Origin: Patescibacteria group bacterium
GTDB taxonomy: Bacteria; Patescibacteriota; Microgenomatia; UBA1400; PJMF01
NCBI GenBank assembly: GCA_041747555.1
Contig: JBGTEY010000014.1
Span: 20,919 to 84,918, forward strand
Direction of reading: 5' to 3'
DNA length: 64,000 bases
Made by a program: the position numbers and the translations under genes. The notes beneath the pieces are model-generated. The model searched no databases. It was not told the origin of the DNA and saw nothing but the letters and a program-made list of their open reading frames with translations. Positions within the stretch are counted from its first letter, which is position 1; each line of letters opens with the position of its first letter. Shown in pieces: positions 56,679-64,000 of this stretch.

Positions 56679-57545
56679 TTAGAGCTCTTCGATTTGGATG
56701 TTGGGACTCATGTCAGGCGCGTCGACCAATTTGAGATATTTCTCTGTTGTGGTGATGCGTTTGTGACCAACTAACTGTGAGACGTACACGAGAGGTGTGC
56801 CTGCTCTGAGTTGTTCGACAATAAAAGTATGTCTGAGGTCATTGACCTTAGCATCTTTGATGCCGGCAAGTCTAAAGTAACGGTCAATCGCAGTTCTGAT
56901 GTTTCGAACCAAGAATGGTCTGCACGTTTTGGTCAAAAAGACCGTCTTTTCACGCGCTCTTGGACGTACTTTGAGGTAATCCATGATTGCTTTCTTGGCT
57001 GCTGAATTGAGAGGGACTTTTCGTGCTGGTCTGGAGTTTTGTGCCTGGATCATGATCACATTTCGATCATAATCGACATCGCTGACCTTGAGGTTGGCGA
57101 GCTCTGAGATTCTCATTCCTGTCTGGAGTAAGAGTTCAACAATTGCTGACATTCGAGCATCACCCCTACAAGCGTCTCTGAGCGCGCGGTATTCAACGCG
57201 GCTCAATACTCGAGGAGGAGATTGTTCATATTTTGGATGTGAAACAGCTTCTGCCGGGTTATCTGAAATGGTGCCTTCTGCAATCAAGTATCTGAAAAAT
57301 GATTTAATTGAATTAATTTTTCTTGAGATGGATTTGCCGGTGTAGCGTTGTTTTTTGAGAAGTGCTTTGAAATCTTCAATATCTTCTGCCACGACCTCAT
57401 CAACCATGGATTTGCCGCTTTTTCCTACAAATTCCACGAGTTGCTCGACGTCCTTGCTGTATGCAATAACAGTAGCGTCGGCTTTGCCGGTAGATTTAAG
57501 ATGCTCGGTGTAAAGTGCCTGGGCATCAAGTAATGTTTGACTCAT
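56679..57545 (-). CDS. XerC/XerD-family tyrosine recombinase
   Basis: SAM-like N-domain, TGMRISE, NDLRHTF, LVGH...TTEKY. Confidence 0.9.
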   Translation of the reverse strand: MSQTLLDAQALYTEHLKSTGKADATVIAYSKDVEQLVEFVGKSGKSMVDEVVAEDIEDFKALLKKQRYTGKSISRKINSIKSFFRYLIAEGTISDNPAEAVSHPKYEQSPPRVLSRVEYRALRDACRGDARMSAIVELLLQTGMRISELANLKVSDVDYDRNVIMIQAQNSRPARKVPLNSAAKKAIMDYLKVRPRAREKTVFLTKTCRPFLVRNIRTAIDRYFRLAGIKDAKVNDLRHTFIVEQLRAGTPLVYVSQLVGHKRITTTEKYLKLVDAPDMSPNIQIEEL

Positions 57546-57667
57546 CGATTCTTTCTAAGCGTGCTACCATAGATATACTATGAGTAATACGCAGAGTATT
57601 TTTAATATCTGGTTGCAGGCTCGAATGATTACAGATCTTATAATATCACTAGACAGGATTATTTTCA

Positions 57668-58018
57668 ATGGGTAAACTGCTCAATCACCCCATTATAATA
57701 CTCGTTATTACGGGTTTTTCAATACTAGTTATAGTTTCGTTATTCAGGACGGCAAAAAAAAGTGATGAAACTGCTGAAGCAATTGTGACAATAGAAGAAT
57801 CAATTGCAGTTGCTCGTCAAAAAAATGAACTCCTTGCAGAAGAAGTAGCACTTTCTCAATCAGAATTTAGTCAGGATAAAATCATTCGTAATGAGCTGCT
57901 CCAGAAGAAGCCCGGAGAGTACATTGTTCACCTCCCAGACCCTCCACCTGAACCGCCAAAAAAGCCCGCTGAGGAGACACAAACACCCCTTGAGACATGG
58001 GTTGAATTACTTTTCTAA
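57668..58018 (+). CDS. septum formation initiator (FtsB/DivIC-like)
   Basis: N-terminal TM, coiled coil, IIRNELL.KKPGE. Confidence 0.7.
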   Translation: MGKLLNHPIIILVITGFSILVIVSLFRTAKKSDETAEAIVTIEESIAVARQKNELLAEEVALSQSEFSQDKIIRNELLQKKPGEYIVHLPDPPPEPPKKPAEETQTPLETWVELLF

Positions 58019-58045
58019 ATAACTTTTAGATAATTTATTATAGGT

Positions 58046-59101
58046 TTATTTGACAACATGTATTGTTTGCGTCGGATAGGCGATTTCTATCTTTTTCTTG
58101 TCAAAGGCCGCGAGGATATCCAAATTAATCTGCTGTTGTAAATCCATGAATAAATCATAATCGCTGTCGAGAACAAAGAAGACTACCTCAAAAATAAGTG
58201 CCGATTCACCAAACATTTTGAAGTGCGCTCTACCAAACTCTACCATTTTGCCTTGATCTACAATTATTTTCTCGATCATGCCTGGAATTTGCTTGAGTGA
58301 TGCATGTGTGGTTTGGTAAGAAACACCAATCGTGAAAGCAGCGCGCCGCTTCTCCATTTTTTTGAAATTCTTAATTCTTGCTGAGGTCAGGTCGACATTG
58401 GAAACGACTAATTCTTCTCCTTGCAGCGAGCGAATTCTACTAGTTTTGATGCCTATTTTTTCAACCGTACCCTTGTGCTCGCCGACTTCAATAAAATCGC
58501 CAACTTCAAAGGGTTTGTCAAAATAAATTGCGAGCGAGCTAAACACGTCCCCCAAGATATTTTGAACAGCGAGTGCGATGGCTATTCCGCCGATTCCCAA
58601 TCCTGTGACGAGCGACGTGATGTCGATTCCAAGGTTGCTCAGTACCAAGAGCAAACCAATTGACCACAGTATGAACTTGCTCGCAAGTTTAAGCATACCG
58701 ATGGGTGCGCCTGTTGCCTCCTCGCCCATTCGTTTTTGTGCAATGTAATCTATAAAAACATCGATCACCGTAGCCGCCTGCCAAACGAGAAAAATTAAAA
58801 CGAGTGATTTTACTCCTAGATTAATTGCTTGATGTACCGCTAAAAATTGAATAGATATGTAGAGTGCGATAAACACATACATGGGTGGGCGAATTGATCT
58901 CACAATGTTGATTAATGTGTCATCAACTTCGGTTTCAGTGCGCAGTGCGGCAACAGTGAGTCGAGATAGTACCAACTGCTCAACGAGCCAGAAGACAACG
59001 TACAGACCAAGGAAAATGGTGAGCGCAGTGGCGTATTGGAACAAAGTGTTTCCAAAGAATAGTATTGAAGAAATTTCTGGTGAGGCAATAAAATCAAGCA
59101 T
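58046..59101 (-). CDS. small-conductance mechanosensitive channel MscS
   Basis: GIGGIAIALAVQ, DKPFEVGDFI, GTVEKIGIKTS, IAYPT. Confidence 0.93.
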   Translation of the reverse strand: MLDFIASPEISSILFFGNTLFQYATALTIFLGLYVVFWLVEQLVLSRLTVAALRTETEVDDTLINIVRSIRPPMYVFIALYISIQFLAVHQAINLGVKSLVLIFLVWQAATVIDVFIDYIAQKRMGEEATGAPIGMLKLASKFILWSIGLLLVLSNLGIDITSLVTGLGIGGIAIALAVQNILGDVFSSLAIYFDKPFEVGDFIEVGEHKGTVEKIGIKTSRIRSLQGEELVVSNVDLTSARIKNFKKMEKRRAAFTIGVSYQTTHASLKQIPGMIEKIIVDQGKMVEFGRAHFKMFGESALIFEVVFFVLDSDYDLFMDLQQQINLDILAAFDKKKIEIAYPTQTIHVVK

Positions 59102-59179
59102 GCTTCGAGTATAGTATCCTTGAAAGATTATGGAAAGACCTGGGCGATAAATATTTTACAATATAAATTAAAAAAATGG

Positions 59180-60271
59180 TTATTTTTTCACTGCTTTGTA
59201 TGCTTGTTCAGATCGCCTGATAAGATCTGTCAAAAATTCATCATACTCATACCCTGCGCCTGTCGCACTCCTACCTTTGCCTAATTGTCTTAAGTGCGTA
59301 CTTACGGCACTGTTGTGCATCGTTCTCCAGCGCCACATTCCTTTAAAAAGCTCAGAAAGCGGTGGCAACAGTGGATTATCATCTGACAAGTTCTCTGAAA
59401 TCACCCTCTGCCTTAATGACACAAAATCAGCATTTTCAAAAATCGATTGGAATTTCTCTTTCACCCTGGTGGGAAAGTACACTAATTGCGAAGTAATTCG
59501 TCCCTGAGTTGCTTCATCTGCGCCGTAGAGCAAAATGTCTATCATCGCTATTGAATGATCAGCATTGGTGTTATTTTGAACAGTTGTTGTCATTTCTCCG
59601 TCCGGTCCTTTCCAAAGTGGTTTTTCTAGCTCAAGTGGTTTGGTTGCATATTTACGGCGACGATCAAAAAACTCTGGTGAAACATTTTTTCGTAATTCAA
59701 GCATAATCTGGGCAGTAGCATTCATTGCAATTGCCGCTTATTGAGCCACAATCGCAAGATGCGGTTTATTCTCCCAATCAGCAGACTGCAATAGGCGGTT
59801 GATGCCAGAAATAACTATTGAAAACTCTCTGGCAAAATCCTGATCGTAACGAATAAGTGCCAATTCTTCCTCCTCATTGGTGAATGACCGAGTTGCTGCT
59901 CCTTTTGCGTTGACATAGCTATACGCATACTTGCAGTCTCGAGGTGGCAAACCTGTTACCCGCGAAAGTGTCAGTAAAGCATCAATGAGCTGAGGAAATT
60001 GACTTGATACATCAATTCCTTTGTAATTCAACGCCGAAACTGCCATGCCAATGTCTTGCTGCGCACGCTCTATTACTTCGATAGGACCAAACGTTACGAG
60101 CTCATTTATCTGCCTACTCGATGGCAATGAAGCAAGTAGCTGTGTAATAAAATGTTCTAACTCTATCCTATCTGTATTCAAAAGTGGAACTGAAGCAACC
60201 ACAAACTTACTAAAACTACCAAGAGGAAAGACATGCTCTGGTGACTCTTTAATTCGTTCTATTTGTGCCAT
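59180..60271 (-). pseudogene. PrnB/IDO-like heme enzyme interrupted by one in-frame TAA (59738-59740)
   Basis: ORFs 59738-60310 and 59180-59725 share a frame (IVAQ*AAIAMNAT); PPRD...N...RSFT..EE in the N-half and WRTMH, TGAGY in the C-half parallel the 61262-62404 protein. Confidence 0.75.
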
Positions 60272-60614
60272 CTGTCTATTATAGGATATTACTTGTTGTA
60301 CATCAAGCACAAATATTAGTATGGTTTTCTATAGTATTTGATAGATACCCTTCCTACTAAATTTTTCTTTGCTACAATGCGAAAATAGTTCCATACCGAA
60401 TATAAAAAAAGCAGATCTCTGCACTCAGCTTCTGAGCAATTTAAGCCAGTGAGGTTGATGAAATCAGAATGCGGTACCGTTCGGTTAGGAAAGCTGATTT
60501 AGTTCAATATTTATCAGTTACTATTATTGGACGCGTGTTGAGAATTATACTTTACAATATGTAACTGATGTGTAATAATTCGTCACTATAAAATACTTAT
60601 TAAGTGGAAAAAGT

Positions 60615-61265
60615 ATGATTTTTATAACTGGACCACACTGCTCTGGAAAAACACACGCACTTCGCAATGTATACGAGTATGGTTTTCCATCGATCGATTT
60701 GGGTCCAACTCTGCGAAAACTCTATCAAGACTTTTCGTTCGGTTTAACATTTCCACAGTGGCTGGTGACTGGTGAAGAATCTTATGGTGATTCCTTTACC
60801 GACAGACTAATTGTCCTAGCAATTGAGGAATGGATAGAAAAACAACTCGCCAAACATGAGGGAAAAATTCAGGACTTTATTATTTCTGGAAATAGATCAG
60901 TTGGAGGCATTCAGTATATCGTAGATCATTTTGATATTGTGGGCGAACCAACAGTAATTTATGTAGACGCAGATCCTGAAGTGTTAAGATCGCGATACCA
61001 ACAGCGTGAAGGTGTCATAGTGAGCCCTGAAGACTTTGAGGCTTATTTAGATCGTGATTATAGAATGGGTTTAGCAAGTGTCCGTAGATTTGCGACACAT
61101 CTAATATCCAATGGCGACACGACAGATGATAATTTGAGAAGAAAAATGGATGCAATACTATTTGATGAGTTAGGACACAAAAAAGAATCAGTGCTTGATC
61201 CTAAAGAAGGAAGGATTTCATTAGAAAATGAATGCAGATTCGCAATGAATAAGGAACGAAAATGA
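60615..61265 (+). CDS. P-loop nucleoside-monophosphate/dephospho-CoA kinase-like protein
   Basis: IFITGPHCSGKT, IISGNRS, IYVDADPEVLRSRYQQRE, ISN. Confidence 0.75.
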   Translation: MIFITGPHCSGKTHALRNVYEYGFPSIDLGPTLRKLYQDFSFGLTFPQWLVTGEESYGDSFTDRLIVLAIEEWIEKQLAKHEGKIQDFIISGNRSVGGIQYIVDHFDIVGEPTVIYVDADPEVLRSRYQQREGVIVSPEDFEAYLDRDYRMGLASVRRFATHLISNGDTTDDNLRRKMDAILFDELGHKKESVLDPKEGRISLENECRFAMNKERK

Positions 61266-62404
61266 CAGTAAAAGAACAGCATTCAGATGCTCGCCGCGTT
61301 CCTGGCCTACAAAACCATGAACATGCACCTACATCCGCTGAACATCCCATCACTGCTCAAGACAGAATCGATGCGACAGTTCGACAATTAGATCCACTCA
61401 ATGCCGATGAGTTGTTTGAATTGATGGCTGATGCCAATGATCTTAGTGATACTCAGTCGCTGTGCACAATCGGTGATGAGCTCGTAAAAAGAGCTAACCG
61501 TAGAGTATTGAGTTCCTGCTCATATGAGGAATCATTGGCTATGTTGCGTGACCTGGGCATGCTAGCAGCGTCATTGGCTAAGTTCAACTTATTGGTTGAT
61601 TCAGTTCCTGGATTGGAACAACTATTACTCCAGCTGGGCTCAGTAACTGAAGAAGTACCTCGAGACACAGTCTTTTCATACGGTCCCAGAAACCCACAGC
61701 AACCAGAAAGAATGCGAAAATTTACGACAACTGACGCTGAGACAGTATTTATCGAGTCATTCAGCGAAGGAATGAAGCACTTGGGTGCTGTAATTCTGGC
61801 ATTGGAAACAGCACTTGCTGCTACAGACCCAGATGAAATAGCCACCAACCTTAGAGCTGCCACAGAACAGCTTACTGAAATGACCCAAGCGATAGTCAGA
61901 GTAAGAAGAAAAATTCCACCCGAGGTGTTTACATACCAGCTACGACCATTTTTTGATCCCGTAACCGTTGGGGGTCAGTCTTACTTAGCACCGGGAGGCG
62001 CCCAGATGCCCGTCATTATAGTTGATAAATTGGTATGGGGAATTGGCAGAGAGTATCCTGAATTCGAAGAATACTTCCAGGAAAATCTCCAGTACCACCC
62101 CAGAGGATATCGAGAGTTTTGGCAGGAGCTTTCAAATACTCTTACGCAAAATTTAGTCGACAGATTAATCGAATTGACTCAACAACCTGATTCAAATGGC
62201 ACATATACGAATGCACTGGAGGAATTATTGACATTTATCAACACGCTGATCAAATTTCGGGTGCCCCATCTAAAGGTAGCAACGGATAATTTTCAATTAA
62301 GAGAAGGCGATGAAGTGGGAAGTGGTGGCTACCAACCAACGATATTAGAGCAACTTCTGGAAGCAACGAAGGCCGCAAGAAGTCAAGTGCAATCAGCTCT
62401 GTAG
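61262..62404 (+). CDS. PrnB (DUF1864)/IDO-superfamily heme-dependent enzyme
   Basis: LDPL, RDLGM, VPRDTV..Y...N, FT...E..F, LRPFFDP, GGAQMP, FRVPH (proximal His), GSGGY. Confidence 0.82.
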   Translation: MTVKEQHSDARRVPGLQNHEHAPTSAEHPITAQDRIDATVRQLDPLNADELFELMADANDLSDTQSLCTIGDELVKRANRRVLSSCSYEESLAMLRDLGMLAASLAKFNLLVDSVPGLEQLLLQLGSVTEEVPRDTVFSYGPRNPQQPERMRKFTTTDAETVFIESFSEGMKHLGAVILALETALAATDPDEIATNLRAATEQLTEMTQAIVRVRRKIPPEVFTYQLRPFFDPVTVGGQSYLAPGGAQMPVIIVDKLVWGIGREYPEFEEYFQENLQYHPRGYREFWQELSNTLTQNLVDRLIELTQQPDSNGTYTNALEELLTFINTLIKFRVPHLKVATDNFQLREGDEVGSGGYQPTILEQLLEATKAARSQVQSAL

Positions 62405-62421
62405 TAGATACTAGGAACCTT

Positions 62422-63507
62422 ATGAAAGATGATTTTTCCAGTTACCCAGTCGGAACAGTTTTTAATCCAATTAAGAATCAGTTTAAGGAATCAACACCAC
62501 AACATCGAGAAGTCTCGATTGAGTTTCCAAGTAGACTGAACGCCATGGCAATAGATCCCAGTAAAATTGCAACCAATGAAAACATGGTCTTCACTCCTGG
62601 CGAAGTCGTGTTTGCAATTGCGATCACAAAAAAAATACAAGTCACTGTTGTTCAATCGTCATCCAAAATTGCAATCAATGCCACAGCCAAACGAAAGTCG
62701 CTAATTTTACATGCCGCACTGCTTATGAAAGCGGCATTAGGGTTTGAGAATGGTCTGATGATCGATGTAGATAACTCAGATGAGCTCAAACATTGCGGCT
62801 TGGGATCAAGTAGCAGCCTCATTGCCGGTGTAGCAGCAGCCATAAACGAAGTATATGGCAATCCTATTCCACACAATGTTCTACTTAAGTACATTGCACA
62901 AAATCATGGTGAGGAGATTGACAATGATGATGAACAGCTCATGCCCGTTCAATGCATCGGTGGGTCAGCCTCATCTGGATTATATGAGGGATCTGCACTG
63001 ATTTTAACAGGAGAAAACACAGTAATCGTTAACAAGAAGATTGACAATAAAGCGGTACTAATTGGAATTCCAAATGATTTTATCCCCAGAGATTCAGAAG
63101 AATTATTAGAAGATGAAATAAAGAATTTTAATAAGTTTATAGCTACTGGCGTGAAATATGGAAAAGAAATTGCCTACGATATGCTGCATAAGGCTATACC
63201 AGGCTTGTATAACAATGACCTCTCTGCTTTAGGGGATTTAATTTTTAGATATCGATTTGACATGGGAAGTATTGACAACTGTTCATTCGTTTTTCCCCGA
63301 ATGAACTCGATAGCTAATAATTTGAGACAACCCTATTCTGTGCATAAACCAGATGTACTGGCGCTCTCCTCTGTGGGTCCAGCTTTTTTTGTAATTTGCG
63401 AACAAAAAGATGAAAGCACTTGGGCCACTATATTTGAGAATGAAAATATGAAAGTACTACCTACCAAACTCTACAACACGAAGTACAAAGTACTGCACAC
63501 TGAATAG
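62422..63507 (+). CDS. GHMP-superfamily protein resembling beta-RFAP synthase/C-glycoside synthase
   Basis: PSRL, HCGLGSSSS GHMP loop, IGGS...G, C-terminal LSSVGP. Confidence 0.75.
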   Translation: MKDDFSSYPVGTVFNPIKNQFKESTPQHREVSIEFPSRLNAMAIDPSKIATNENMVFTPGEVVFAIAITKKIQVTVVQSSSKIAINATAKRKSLILHAALLMKAALGFENGLMIDVDNSDELKHCGLGSSSSLIAGVAAAINEVYGNPIPHNVLLKYIAQNHGEEIDNDDEQLMPVQCIGGSASSGLYEGSALILTGENTVIVNKKIDNKAVLIGIPNDFIPRDSEELLEDEIKNFNKFIATGVKYGKEIAYDMLHKAIPGLYNNDLSALGDLIFRYRFDMGSIDNCSFVFPRMNSIANNLRQPYSVHKPDVLALSSVGPAFFVICEQKDESTWATIFENENMKVLPTKLYNTKYKVLHTE

Positions 63508-63513
63508 GACACT

Positions 63514-64000
63514 ATGGGAAGACCGAAAGACTTACAGCCAGGAATAGGGTATTGGAATGACGGCCGCCACAGCGAGTACAGAGCAAAACCACCCTCAAGT
63601 TTTGTTCAAAGGTCATTAGACATGATCATGCAGGATGTGCCCGAAGGCACACTGCTTAAATCTCTTGATGCTGGATCAGGTGGTGGAAGAAACAGCGCGC
63701 CTTTCATTCACGCAGGATGTGAGGCGTATGCTTTTGATTACCACACAGAAATGGTGGCACAAACACAGCAACTGTTTGCAGAAATGAGCCAAAACCCACT
63801 GAATGTTACTCAGCAAGAAATGTCACAGCTGTCTTTCTCAGATGGTGCATTCGATATAGTGTTGTCAAATGGAGTAATCCATAATGCAGTTTCTGCAGAG
63901 CATTTTTTGGCTACAATTGAAGAGTTATCTCGAGTAATTACACCAGGCGGTCACCTTATTTTTTCTGTATTTACCGCTGATGAGATTTCAAGCGAGTTAG
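63514..64000 (+). CDS. class I SAM-dependent methyltransferase, truncated by window edge
   Basis: Manual translation MGRPKD...LDAGSGGGRN...AFD...FDIVLSNGVIH...LSRVITPGG. Confidence 0.88.
   Translation, partial: MGRPKDLQPGIGYWNDGRHSEYRAKPPSSFVQRSLDMIMQDVPEGTLLKSLDAGSGGGRNSAPFIHAGCEAYAFDYHTEMVAQTQQLFAEMSQNPLNVTQQEMSQLSFSDGAFDIVLSNGVIHNAVSAEHFLATIEELSRVITPGGHLIFSVFTADEISSEL

Noticed and set aside
56679-57545. Tyrosine recombinase as a prophage or island integrase
   Set aside because: 288-aa XerC/D size, flanked by trpS and ftsB-like housekeeping genes, no att repeats or phage genes
57561-57590. dif-like inverted repeat CATAG-ATATA-CTATG upstream of the Xer gene
   Set aside because: Spacing is one base shorter than dif (CATA-N7-TATG versus N8) and the XerD arm TTATGTTAAAT is not matched; may just be promoter sequence
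59738-59740. Stop-codon reassignment or selenocysteine readthrough
   Set aside because: The stop is TAA, and TAA, TAG and TGA all end intact genes in this window, consistent with code 11
61262-62404. Pyrrolnitrin biosynthesis cluster
   Set aside because: No prnA/prnC halogenases or prnD Rieske oxygenase in the window; only fold-level similarity to PrnB
469-62894. Many short antisense or nested ORFs in the six-frame track (for example 469-882, 2049-2267, 54239-54811)
   Set aside because: They overlap confident genes or RNAs and have no recognisable motifs; treated as shadow ORFs

Overview
64-kb chromosomal window from a small-genome bacterium; gene content and style (short IF2, stand-alone PolA 5'-3' exonuclease, MEMO-CapA fusion, tRNA without encoded CCA, few Shine-Dalgarno sites) suggest Patescibacteria/CPR, probably Microgenomates (inference, not verified). 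It is mostly minus-strand housekeeping DNA: tRNA-Val, tmRNA, ftsK, rnj, rpe/rpiB, a suf Fe-S operon with ferredoxin and reductase, sod, pnp, rpsO, infB, nusA, hrcA-grpE-dnaK-dnaJ with two CIRCE sites, ftsH, trpS and a Xer recombinase. I saw no CRISPR array, rRNA or recognisable mobile element. The most unusual items are: (1) a 1702-aa alpha-2-macroglobulin with a 129-aa Hint (intein-like) domain in its bait region, no CxEQ thioester, and the Hint Cys as its only cysteine; (2) a cluster at the right edge with two PrnB/IDO-like heme enzymes (one split by an in-frame stop), a P-loop kinase, an RFAP-synthase-like GHMP protein and a SAM methyltransferase; (3) a NUDIX-GrpE fusion; (4) a tmRNA with a 37-codon tag and a Lon AAA+ module lacking its protease domain; (5) a putative His-brace copper/reductase cassette between rpsO and pnp. 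All protein calls come from reading motifs by eye; no database searches were run.
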